Origin: Octopus bimaculoides
Taxonomy: Eukaryota
Assembly (NCBI RefSeq): GCF_001194135.2
Contig: NC_068985.1
Coordinates: forward strand, 72,602,655-72,645,609
Length of the DNA: 42,955 bases
Direction: 5' to 3'
Shown here in pieces: positions 26,371 through 37,876 of the stretch. The position numbers and the translations under genes were made by a program. Below the pieces are notes generated by a model, which saw only the letters and a program-made list of their open reading frames with translations, was not told where the DNA came from and did not search any database. How positions within the stretch are numbered: position 1 is the stretch's first letter; the number at the start of each line of letters is the position of its first letter.

Positions 26371-28220
26371 CTCACACACATTCATGTACACGCACGCGCA
26401 CACATACAAAAAGATGTATGCTTTCGTATTTATGTACGTGTATGTGAATGATAATGTGTGTGTGTATGAAAGAGAGAGAGAGAGAGAGACTGAGTACCAC
26501 TTAAACATACATGCAAAAAAAATACATACATGACAACATGCAGTTTCACTCACTCACTCTCTCTTTCACACGCACATACACACACACACACATACACGTC
26601 CATTTCATATACACGTACGTACATCTTTTCCTTTCTCCTCTCTTTCACTTTCTGCTCTCACTTCAAAGAAAATGTTGCCTATTCACCTTCTCTTCTCTTT
26701 CAATTTCTGCTCCCTTCAGAGCATAAAGAAATTTTTAAAAAATTACGGAAATTAACGAACAATCATATGAGCCCATATGATTGAGTTGACAACTTTGCTG
26801 CTTCAAACAAAAGAATGCTATAAAATAACTTCCTTTGGCGCACACACACACACACGCACACACGCACACACGCACACACGCACACACACAGACACACAGA
26901 CACACACACACTAGGTAAAACGTCTGTACGAATTATGTTATTTCNNNNNNNNNNNNNNNNNNNNNNNNNNNNNNNNNNNNNNNNNNNNNNNNNNNNNNNN
27001 NNNNNNNNNNNNNNNNNNNNNNNNNNNNNNNNNNNNNNNNNNNNNNNNNNNNNNNNNNNNNNNNNNNNNNNNNNNNNNNNNNNNNNNNNNNNNNNNNNNN
27101 NNNNNNNNNNNNNNNNNNNNNNNNNNNNNNNNNNNNNNNNNNNNNNNNNNNNNNNNNNNNNNNNNNNNNNNNNNNNNNNNNNNNNNNNNNNNNNNNNNNN
27201 NNNNNNNNNNNNNNNNNNNNNNNNNNNNNNNNNNNNNNNNNNNNNNNNNNNNNNNNNNNNNNNNNNNNNNNNNNNNNNNNNNNNNNNNNNNNNNNNNNNN
27301 NNNNNNNNNNNNNNNNNNNNNNNNNNNNNNNNNNNNNNNNNNNNNNNNNNNNNNNNNNNNNNNNNNNNNNNNNNNNNNNNNNNNNNNNNNNNNNNNNNNN
27401 NNNNNNNNNNNNNNNNNNNNNNNNNNNNNNNNNNNNNNNNNNNNNNNNNNNNNNNNNNNNNNNNNNNNNNNNNNNNNNNNNNNNNNNNNNNNNNNNNNNN
27501 NNNNNNNNNNNNNNNNNNNNNNNNNNNNNNNNNNNNNNNNNNNNNNNNNNNNNNNNNNNNNNNNNNNNNNNNNNNNNNNNNNNNNNNNNNNNNNNNNNNN
27601 NNNNNNNNNNNNNNNNNNNNNNNNNNNNNNNNNNNNNNNNNNNNNNNNNNNNNNNNNNNNNNNNNNNNNNNNNNNNNNNNNNNNNNNNNNNNNNNNNNNN
27701 NNNNNNNNNNNNNNNNNNNNNNNNNNNNNNNNNNNNNNNNNNNNNNNNNNNNNNNNNNNNNNNNNNNNNNNNNNNNNNNNNNNNCCGGTGTGCAACGATT
27801 TTGCCGGCTCGCTACCTTAATCAAAGATATATAAAAAAAAAATATTAGCAAAGTCCCTTGATCTTGCAGAACTTTTGGCCAATTTCGTGGTAGCTTTGGC
27901 TGCTTTGCCTTATCTCATACAAATTTTATGTTTTGCCTGAAATTATGACCATGTTTTGTAGGTTCTCTAAAACGGTATTGTCTCTTATAAGTGTTTCAAA
28001 GTTTACCGTGTAGAGAGGATTTTTTGTTTTGTTTCATTTTACTCTGTTGGTGGTTTTATTTACTTATTTATTAATGTAGTCAGAGCTAGACAAAAGAGTG
28101 GAAGCACAATGAGTCCCTCAGAAAGATATCTTCTTTTATCAGTATAGAGTGTTTAGAGCTGATTTTAATTATCCCCTCTTTGTCTTCTAGGGATATGGCT
28201 GTTTTCCATTTCAGCATGAC

Positions 28221-28221
28221 A

Positions 28222-28310
<89 letters not shown>

Positions 28311-28312
28311 TT
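28221..28312. repeat. (TATC)n/(TGTC)n microsatellite
   Basis: Direct reading. Confidence 0.97.
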
Positions 28313-28964
28313 CTTTNNNNNNNNNNNNNNNNNNNNNNNNNNNNNNNNNNNNNNNNNNNNNNNNNNNNNNNNNNNNNNNNNNNNNNNNNNNNNNNNNNNN
28401 NNNNNNNNNNNNNNNNNNNNNNNNNNNNNNNNNNNNNNNNNNNNNNNNNNNNNNNNNNNNNNNNNNNNNNNNNNNNNNNNNNNNNNNNNNNNNNNNNNNN
28501 NNNNNNNNNNNNNNNNNNNNNNNNNNNNNNNNNNNNNNNNNNNNNNNNNNNNNNNNNNNNNNNNNNNNNNNNNNNNNNNNNNNNNNNNNNNNNNNNNNNN
28601 NNNNNNNNNNNNNNNNNNNNNNNNNNNNNNNNNNNNNNNNNNNNNNNNNNNNNNNNNNNNNNNNNNNNNNNNNNNNNNNNNNNNNNNNNNNNNNNNNNNN
28701 NNNNNNNNNNNNNNNNNNNNNNNNTATATATATATATATATATGCACATACATACACACAACGTGTGTGAGTGATTGTGTGTAATTACGTAATAGAGTTC
28801 ACATTACTAAACTGACCTTCCGCTCAAACATTGACAGCTATTGTCCCCATTCTTTATTTCTCTCTTATTTAATTACTCTTGTTTTGTACTACGAGACTAG
28901 TTTTGTCTATATCTCCTTACATAAAGTAATGTCACTGTTTTTAATCTTACTACTTATTGATATA

Positions 28965-29318
28965 TCAGGTCATCCCATAAGTTCTGTCCGATTTTGCCTG
29001 TTTTAAAAGTGAAAGAAATGTATTAGTATTTTAGAATGTCTAATGGAATTAAAAATTATTTTTATGCATTTGTGAACATTTAAACTAATTAAATATTATT
29101 TTACAGGATAATAGAATTAAAATTTCTTTGATTAAATCCCTTTCTAACATGAAAGTATCCAAAGAGCATTTGAGGCTCATAATGCTTTATGAGTACAAAA
29201 AAGGAAACTCTGCAGCCGAAGCGACTCGAAACATACACTCAGTTTATGGGAAAGAATGCATAAATGAAAGAACTTGCAGAAGATGGTTTGCAAAATTCAG
29301 AAGTGGAGATTTCAGCCT
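28965..29318 (+). mobile_element. mariner transposon 5' fragment (TIR + N-terminal HTH)
   Basis: TA at 28963-64, then TCAGGTCATCCCATAAGTTCTGTCCGATTT. From ATG 29149: MKVSKEHLRLIMLYEYKKGNSAAEATRNIHSVYGKECINERTCRRWFAKFRSGDFSL, then a microsatellite and a gap. Confidence 0.88.
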
Positions 29319-29885
29319 ATGTGTGTATATCTATCNNNNNNNNNNNNNNNNNNNNNNNNNNNNNNNNNNNNNNNNNNNNNNNNNNNNNNNNNNNNNNNNN
29401 NNNNNNNNNNNNNNNNNNNNNNNNNNNNNNNNNNNNNNNNNNNNNNNNNNNNNNNNNNNNNNNNNNNNNNNNNNNNNNNNNNNNNNNNNNNNNNNNNNNN
29501 NNNNNNNNNNNNNNNNNNNNNNNNNNNNNNNNNNNNNNNNNNNNNNNNNNNNNNNNNNNNNNNNNNNNNNNNNNNNNNNNNNNNNNTATATATATATATA
29601 TATATATATATTGCTGGCTTATTTGTCTATTTGTCTTTTCTCCTGGTGCTGTATGAATACTTGATGTGGCTTAAGAGTCAAGTTCTGTCTGCTATCTCTA
29701 GTATGGTGGTATCTTTTAGATACCCTTAATTATAATTTTAATAATAATTATTACCTATAAGGGTTTTATTCCCATGCTGGCCACTTAATATGATCGGTAT
29801 TTTAGATAACGATCTTATCCTTATATAAATTTATATATATATACATACACACATCTATGTATTCATATATATGTATACATAAATA

Positions 29886-29929
<44 letters not shown>

Positions 29930-30296
29930 CACACACACCACATATAATACTAGAATGTATTCATATGAATCAGTTGAACTATTTATTTTGTTCTTTGTGA
30001 CAGTTTGCATTCCTGAACTTCAAACAAATTACCAGCGATAAATGATAGACCTGGCATTCCTTACGTTTTTTGTAAGCTTCAAGATCTCTAAGACAGAGTG
30101 ACGAATGCTATGCTAAGCTATCAAGTCACGAATTGCGATGAATGATTGCTGCTCAATGTATTTCGTCTCATATAAATTTTTGTTATAGTTAAATATTTGT
30201 GTGTGTATGCCTGCCTAGGGATGCCCTCATGTGTGTGTGTACGCGTGAATATAAACGTGTGTTACGTAAATATTGTTTGCTCTGATGGCACACCAC

Positions 30297-30465
30297 ATCG
30301 AGCAGACCTATGATCAAAGATGTTCCAGTTGTGATCATCGCATTTTTGTTCTAAGACACAATGTATCGAGGATTACATTCAGCAATGTGTCCTTTTTCTA
30401 AGTCGATAAGTTATGTTTTTGGGAAGATCTGTCAACAATTTCTCGCTTGACTAGCGACAATGACG
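30297..30465 (-). mobile_element. Short dispersed repeat, family D
   Basis: ATCGAGCAGACCTATGATCAAAG..AGACACAATGTATC..CAATGTGTCC, colinear with 21389-21607. Confidence 0.55.
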
Positions 30466-30521
30466 TGTTTTTCTCATACCATGAATTAGTTGTGCGTGTT
30501 TGTGAATGTGTGCGCGTGTAA

Positions 30522-30589
<68 letters not shown>

Positions 30590-31641
30590 CTGTGTCTTTG
30601 TGTGTGTATANNNNNNNNNNNNNNNNNNNNNNNNNNNNNNNNNNNNNNNNNNNNNNNNNNNNNNNNNNNNNNNNNNNNNNNNNNNNNNNNNNNNNNNNNN
30701 NNNNNNNNNNNNNNNNNNNNNNNNNNNNNNNNNNNNNNNNNNNNNNNNNNNNNNNNNNNNNNNNNNNNNNNNNNNNNNNNNNNNNNNNNNNNNNNNNNNN
30801 NNNNNNNNNNNNNNNNNNNNNNNNNNNNNNNNNNNNNNNNNNNNNNNNNNNNNNNNNNNNNNNNNNNNNNNNNNNNNNNNNNNNNNNNNNNNNNNNNNNN
30901 NNNNNNNNNNNNNNNNNNNNNNNNNNNNNNNNNNNNNNNNNNNNNNNNNNNNNNNNNNNNNNNNNNNNNNNNNNNNNNNNNNNNNNNNNNNNNNNNNNNN
31001 NNNNNNNNNNNNNNNNNNNNNNNNNNNNNNNNNNNNNNNNNNNNNNNNNNNNNNNNNNNNNNNNNNNNNNNNNNNNNNNNNNNNNNNNNNNNNNNNNNNN
31101 NNNNNNNNNNNNNNNNNNNNNNNNNNNNNNNNNNNNNNNNNNNNNNNNNNNNNNNNNNNNNNNNNNNNNNNNNNNNNNNNNNNNNNNNNNNNNNNNNNNN
31201 NNNNNNNNNNNNNNNNNNNNNNNNNNNNNNNNNNNNNNNNNNNNNNNNNNNNNNNNNNNNNNNNNNNNNNNNNNNNNNNNNNNNNNNNNNNNNNNNNNNN
31301 NNNNNNNNNNNNNNNNNNNNNNNNNNNNNNNNNNNNNNNNNNNNNNNNNNNNNNNNNNNNNNNNNNNNNNNNNNNNNNNNNNNNNNNNNNNNNNNNNNNN
31401 NNNNNNNNNNNNNNNNNNNNNNNNNNNNNNNNNNNNNNNNNNNNNNNNNNNNNNNNNNNNNNNNTATTTTATCATTATTAATAAATTATAGGGCAGCAAA
31501 AAAATTTTAGAAATTTTATTTACCACCAGTGGTCTAGCGAGAATAAAAATCAGTCAATAGACTATATATTATTCATTTAAAATACGTATGTACGTATGTA
31601 TGTATGTATGTATGTATTATGTATGTATCTATGTATATATA

Positions 31642-32407
31642 TTCGAGGTCTGATCAATAAATATCCGGACTGTTGCCATAATAACGAAGTTAAAGCACGC
31701 AGAGTGAAGCTGCTTGGCAAAGATTGACCTTGAACTCTGTTGTGCATACGCAATAAGTTTTGTCGTTCTAGCTCACTTCCACTGTTTACACTAGTGCTTG
31801 GAAGGAAGATGTGTAGCGTGTGATCGTCGCATTGACCATGACAGGGAAAGTTGTCGTGGCGATACCTGTTCAGAGGCCTACGCAAAGTTGCAGAAAATGT
31901 ATGAGCCGCACACAAGTGTACGTGTGGTTCAGACGTTTCTAAGAAGAAGTTTCGATATTGACGGACGTTCTGGAGACCGCAACTGGCAGAACTGAGAAAA
32001 ACATCGCAGCTGTGAGGAGAGATTGTCAAATCACCATGCGTGAGTTATCAGAAGATGTGCAGATTAGCTCCGGTTCAGTTCAGTCCTGAGGATCTGGATA
32101 TGAGACGCGTCTGCCAATTTTGTGTCAAAACTGCTTTCAGCTGACCAAATAGGCACCTGGGTTTCAGTTGCACAAAATCTCCTTGATTGTGTCGAGAACA
32201 ATGAAAAATTTTTGAAAACTTTGCGTAGGCCTCTGAGTAGGCATCACCAGGCTTTTGGCAAAATTTGATGCAGATTCTCTGCTCAACTTTCTCTGTCATG
32301 GTCAATGCGACGATCAGACACTACACACCTTCCTTCCAAGCACTGGTGTAAACAACGGTAGTGAGCTAGAACATTAAAACTTAGTGCACATGCACAGCAG
32401 AGTTCAA
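31642..32407 (+). mobile_element. Foldback (palindromic) mariner derivative; right end lies in a gap
   Basis: TA + TTCGAGGTCTGATCAATAAATATCCGGACTG TIR. 31730-31889 is repeated in inverted orientation at 32217-32407. The inverted arm encodes MTEKVEQRICIKFCQK.G..YSEAYAK; the spacer encodes the HTH region to ENNEKFLK. Confidence 0.88.
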
Positions 32408-33032
32408 NNNNNNNNNNNNNNNNNNNNNNNNNNNNNNNNNNNNNNNNNNNNNNNNNNNNNNNNNNNNNNNNNNNNNNNNNNNNNNNNNNNNNNNNNNNNN
32501 NNNNNNNNNNNNNNNNNNNNNNNNNNNNNNNNNNNNNNNNNNNNNNNNNNNNNNNNNNNNNNNNNNNNNNNNNNNNNNNNNNNNNNNNNNNNNNNNNNNN
32601 NNNNNNNNNNNNNNNNNNNNNNNNNNNNNNNNNNNNNNNNNNNNNNNNNNNNNNNNNNNNNNNNNNNNNNNNNNNNNNNNNNNNNNNNNNNNNNNNNNNN
32701 NNNNNNNNNNNNNNNNNNNNNNNNNNNNNNNNNNNNNNNNNNNNNNNNNNNNNNNNNNNNNNNNNNNNNNNNNNNNNNNNNNNNNNNNNNNNNNNNNNNN
32801 NNNNNNNNNNNACCTGATTAGGACGAATGTTACTACTATTTAGCCTCAAGAAAACATTATCCCCAGTTGGCTATCGACGCACTAACTGCGTCCTTATACT
32901 TCGAACAATAGAGCTAGTGTCCCCACTCAGCTCAAAGCAATATGTGTACCAATGGTTCCTGGGTTATTTCCCTTCATCAACAGAATAATCGCTTGGCTAG
33001 AGATGGCAGCATATTATGGGAGAATCGCTTAA

Positions 33033-33247
33033 GGCGGCGAGCTGGCAGAGACGTTAGCACGCCGGGCGAAATGCTTAGCGGTATTTCGTCTGTCTTTACG
33101 TTCTGATTTCAAATTCCGCCGAGGTCGACTTTGCCTTCTATCATTTCGGGGTCGATAAAATAAGTATCAATTGAGCACTGGGGTCGATGTAATCGTCTCC
33201 TCTCCTACCCTGAAATTGCTGGCACTGTGTCAAAATTTCAAACCAAT
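33033..33247 (+). mobile_element. tRNA-derived SINE, family A, full length
   Basis: GGCGGCGAGCTGGCAGAGACGTTAGC head, TTCAAATTCC B-box remnant, GAGGTCGACTTTGCC..GGGGTCGATAAAATAAGTA core, tail GAAATTGCTGG..AAAATTT.AAACCAAT. Confidence 0.92.
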
Positions 33248-33483
33248 ATGAGAGAATTGTTGATTGCTCAAAATTAGCAACTCCAAATAAGTTGGAGTAC
33301 TTCTGTATCTACACCAACTTGGTTACTGAAAGTAAATAATAATAGATTAACAAGGTTGAAACGTCAAGTAGTGTCTGCACAGATATTGCGGTATAATGAG
33401 GTCGGTCTATTTACTTTTGAAATGTCAGAGTACACACATACATAGCTACCTACCTACCTACCTGCATACATACATACGTACGT

Positions 33484-33797
33484 ACGGCACTCCGCCGGTT
33501 GCGAGAGTTTCAGTTGATCCGATTAACGGAACAGCCTGTTCGTGAAACTAACGTGCAAGTGGCTGAGCACTCCCCATACACGTGTACCTTTAACGTAGTT
33601 CTCAGGGAGATTCCGCATGACACAGAATGTAACAATGTTGGCCTTTTGAAATACGGGTACTACTCATTTTTGCCAGCTGAGTGGACTGGAGCAACGTAAA
33701 ATAAAGTGTCTTGCTCAAGGACACAACGCGTCGCAGGGAATTGAACTTGCGACCTTACAATCATAAGCTGAATGCCCAAACCACTAAGCCATGCGCC
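33484..33797 (-). mobile_element. tRNA-derived SINE, family C, full length
   Basis: Reverse complement has A box TGGCTTAGTGG, B box GTTCAATTCC and TGTGTCCTTGAGCAAGACACTTTATTTTACGTTGCTCCAGTCCACTCAGCTGG. The 3' end runs into a TATG/TAGG microsatellite. Confidence 0.9.
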
Positions 33798-33894
33798 TTC
33801 ACTATATGTATCTACTTACATAATATATATATAATATGTATGTATAATATGTATAACACAATGGGTACCGTTACAGTTTGCAGGATTATATGTA

Positions 33895-34524
33895 CTAGCA
33901 AATCTACCCATCTACGATGGAGACATAAAACGAGAGAGGCAGTATGTATTGAGAAATGGGTAAATGGACTTGATAGATTACTGGGTGATAATGTTGGTGA
34001 TACAGCATTCTATTGCAGCTATATGACATGTATTTGCGACTAAATGACATATGATGACGATTCACTTCCCAAACTGAAATAGGCTCCCAGCCTCTGTATC
34101 ATGAATGGTTATGTGGACCACTCCGAATGAAAGCCAGACCTTCCTTTGACCACTACATAAAAAGTATTAAGAAAAAATGTTATTTAGATATACTTTTATT
34201 TTAGTTGTTTACACTATTTTACGCTTGTTTATACTCTTATACAATCAAAGTTCACAAATTTCCTTATTCAAATTATGAATCATATTCCTTTCGATAATAT
34301 CACTATGATTACAAAACTTCTTTGTAGACGATATTTCTTGTTTGCTCGACACTAATTTTCAAATTACTGGAGTCCCTTGCTCTGCTCACAGCGACGTATA
34401 ACTGGCCGTGTGTAAACACCAGAGTGGGTAAAATTACACCTACACGATCTAAAGATTGGCTCTGTGCCATGTTTGCTGTGAATGCGCGAACGAATTCTTT
34501 AGGAGTCGGCACATCTACGATGGG
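33895..34524 (-). mobile_element. Helitron 3' terminal fragment (PIF1-helicase C-terminus + hairpin + CTAG)
   Basis: ORF 34512-34309: AQSQSLDRVGVILPTLVFTHGQLYVAVSRA..TRNIVYKEVL*. On the minus strand, CCATC-GTA-GATGG hairpin (33920-33908), 9 nt spacer, CTAG (33898-33895), followed by T. Confidence 0.88.
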
Positions 34525-35923
34525 AAATAAAGGGATAGTATCGCAACTCTAAACCCTCTAAATTCGCGGACTATACAGGGGAGAAATCCAGAGTTAATCT
34601 TCTTCACCGAAATTTTAACAAATACAAAAAATCAAAGGTGATTTATTAATACAAAACTTAATATCAGTAATAGTTCAGTTTACGGGCTTAAAAAAGTAAA
34701 TAAAAATTAAGGGAGAGTGGGTTGTAGAATCAACCCTCAGAGCAATTTTCTTCTTTCGTGTTTTAAGATTGAACCGAGTCATGTTGACAGACATGTGTAG
34801 AAGTTCGTCGGGTGTATATTTCGTGTAACTCTTTTTGGATGGTCACGGTTGAAACAATTACAGAAGTATAAATAGAGGTACCTAGCATAGAACTGGTGGA
34901 ATTTCGGTTAATCAGCTTAAAATACTAAAGGTTCAGAAAGTGTAAGCTTTGCATAGTGTGTAGATGTGTAGTGGTTATTTGTGGTTAGGTAGTGGTCAGG
35001 AACACNNNNNNNNNNNNNNNNNNNNNNNNNNNNNNNNNNNNNNNNNNNNNNNNNNNNNNNNNNNNNNNNNNNNNNNNNNNNNNNNNNNNNNNNNNNNNNN
35101 NNNNNNNNNNNNNNNNNNNNNNNNNNNNNNNNNNACCATACATAATTGATCAGAAATATAATTGATCAGAAATATAATTTCAAAGTGTTCACGGTATCAT
35201 AGTGAGGATCGGATCAAAGACATTTTGGCAATTTAAAAAATGTTGGAGAAAGCTTTTCAAATATAAATAAAGTGGAAGTATGGAAAAATAATCATTTTTT
35301 TCCTTTTTTCTGTTAGTTTAGTATCATTTCGAAAGATGAAAATTTATATTATGGTTTATTATTGTTTATATTTTGAATTACATATATATATATATATATA
35401 TATGGGGACACCAAAATCTTTTAAGTGCTTTGGGCCTCTGCCGGTCTTATTCCGGCCCTGTCAGAGACGGTGATGATTCAGAGGTGTGAAAGAGATAAGG
35501 GATTTCCAGTATTTGTGTGTCATGGAAGGTTGCACATAAAGAGTGAAACTAGTTATGAATTTCGAAATATTCCAGAAGCATCAGTATAAGATAAATGTGA
35601 GAGGCAAGAAGAGTTGTAACCATTGCGAACGATGACTTTTGGCAGTATGAAGACAGATAGATGTCCTAGGACCAAAAAGTAGATATGGCCGAAGAGTGTT
35701 GGTAGCTGGAGATGTTCGTACAGGTGTAGAGATGGCAGATGCATTTAGTGGAGTCGACGAGGAAGATTTCAAGCTAGAATTGCTAGAGGTTTCCGCGGTT
35801 AATATCTACCTGGTAGTGGGTGACACCACATTTCGGACAAAAATTTGTTGCCTCGCCAGCCGAAATTTGTTCTCGTAAAGGAATAGGTAGCGTTGTTTGC
35901 GTGTTAATAAAAGGTGATGTTTA

Positions 35924-36140
35924 AGGGGGCAAACTGGTAGAATCGTTACCGCGCCGAAAAAAATGTTTAGCGGCATTTTTTCCGATTTTACGCTCTGAGT
36001 TCAAATGCCGAGGAGGTCGAATTTGCCTTTCATTCTTCTGGGGGTCGTTAAAATAAGTACCAGCTGAACATTGAGATCGATGTAATCGACGTACCCACTC
36101 CCTCGAAATTGCCGACCTTATGCCAAACTTTGAAACAAAT
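35924..36140 (+). mobile_element. tRNA-derived SINE, family A, diverged
   Basis: Colinear with 33033-33247, including GAGTTCAAAT, GGGGTCGTTAAAATAAGTACCAG and the GAAATTGCC..TTTGAAACAAAT tail. Confidence 0.85.
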
Positions 36141-36773
36141 AAGAGTTTTGGGTCTTGGTTGGATTGACGTCAAATGGAATGTAAATGGTATCGGTGAGTC
36201 TTGATGTCACAATAGTCGCCTCCCAGCCAAGAGTCTGATCCGAATACACACAAGAACTGAACTCCATTGAAAGAACCCATGGACCTGGGCTCGTATTAAA
36301 CTGGGTCATGACATGTGAGAACCACTCCCCATCTCCACCACAAAAAAGGAGGGACTTTCTACATCAGGACCATATTAGATAACTCGGCACCAAGCATGTA
36401 ATGAGAGAGACGGGGAGTGAAAAAGAGCGATGAGAAATGTTGCAGTTACTGTATAACTTAGGACACACGCACACACACAATTTAATGTACCAATAAAATA
36501 TATTGATGTATCTCATTTTCCCTTCGTCACACCTTATGCTCAACTCCCATTCCCTCCTATCCAAACTAACTCGACAAGAGTTGTTCCTTTGTTAATCACG
36601 CGATTTATGACTAATTTACATATTTCCTGTGTTATTTCTCTTCTTTGTTCACTCGGACAAGGCTTCACCAGTCTGACCGATGTTACCGCCTTAATTCTAG
36701 TGATTTTCATTGGTTGTGCTAGATACAGTGAAGAGGTAGATAAACAAAGAGAGGGGGAAAGAGTGTGAAAGAA

Positions 36774-36798
36774 AGAAGAAGAAGAAGAAGAAGAAGAA

Positions 36799-36845
<47 letters not shown>

Positions 36846-36852
36846 AGAAGAA
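36774..36852. repeat. (GAA)n microsatellite
   Basis: Direct reading; one GAG interruption. Confidence 0.97.
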
Positions 36853-37835
36853 GGTTGATCGGAGATATAGGCTATAAGGAGAGGGAAAAGGAGAGAAAAG
36901 AGTGAAGAAAAGAGCGAATATGTGCGATGAGGGGGTTCTTTATTGAACTTCTCAGGCGCTTTCATTGTTATAATGAAGTGGTAAAACCAGGGAAAGAGTA
37001 TCAAAGGTTATAAGAGAAGGAACGCGTCAATATACGAGGGGACGTTGTTATCGATTTTCGAGCAATGTTAATCATCATGTTTCAATCTNNNNNNNNNNNN
37101 NNNNNNNNNNNNNNNNNNNNNNNNNNNNNNNNNNNNNNNNNNNNNNNNNNNNNNNNNNNNNNNNNNNNNNNNNNNNNNNNNNNNNNNNNNNNNNNNNNNN
37201 NNNNNNNNNNNNNNNNNNNNNNNNNNNNNNNNNNNNNNNNNNNNNNNNNNNNNNNNNNNNNNNNNNNNNNNNNNNNNNNNNNNNNNNNNNNNNNNNNNNN
37301 NNNNNNNNNNNNNNNNNNNNNNNNNNNNNNNNNNNNNNNNNNNNNNNNNNNNNNNNNNNNNNNNNNNNNNNNNNNNNNNNNNNNNNNNNNNNNNNNNNNN
37401 NNNNNNNNNNNNNNNNNNNNNNNNNNNNNNNNNNNNNNNNNNNNNNNNNNNNNNNNNNNNNNNNNNNNNNNNNNNNNNNNNNNNNNNNNNNNNNNNNNNN
37501 NNNNNNNNNNNNNNNNNNNNNNNNNNNNNNNNNNNNNNNNNNNNNNNNNNNNNNNNNNNNNNNNNNNNNNNNNNNNNNNNNNNNNNNNNNNNNNNNNNNN
37601 NNNNNNNNNNNNNNNNNNNNNNNNNNNNNNNNNNNNNNNNNNNNNNNNNNNNNNNNNNNNNNNNNNNNNNNNNNNNNNNNNNNNNNNNNNNNNNNNNNNN
37701 NNNNNNNNNNNNNNNNNNNNNNNNNNNNNNNNNNNNNNNNNNNNNNNNNNNNNNNNNNNNNNNNNNNNNNNNNNNNNNNNNNNGCATGTATAGACGGATG
37801 TAAGTAGCTTAGTTTAATTTGTATTACACAGGCAT

Positions 37836-37876
<41 letters not shown>

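Noticed and set aside
33033-33120. tRNA-like A/B boxes here and at other SINE heads
   Set aside because: No cloverleaf, and each continues into a repeated SINE body, so these are not tRNA genes.
35142-35179. 16-bp tandem duplication ATAATTGATCAGAAAT x2
   Set aside because: A simple local duplication next to a gap edge, possibly an assembly artefact; not a CRISPR-like array (no spacers).
37033-37088. TA-CGAGGGG, resembling a mariner TIR start
   Set aside because: Only about 9 bp of similarity before a gap, with no transposase sequence.
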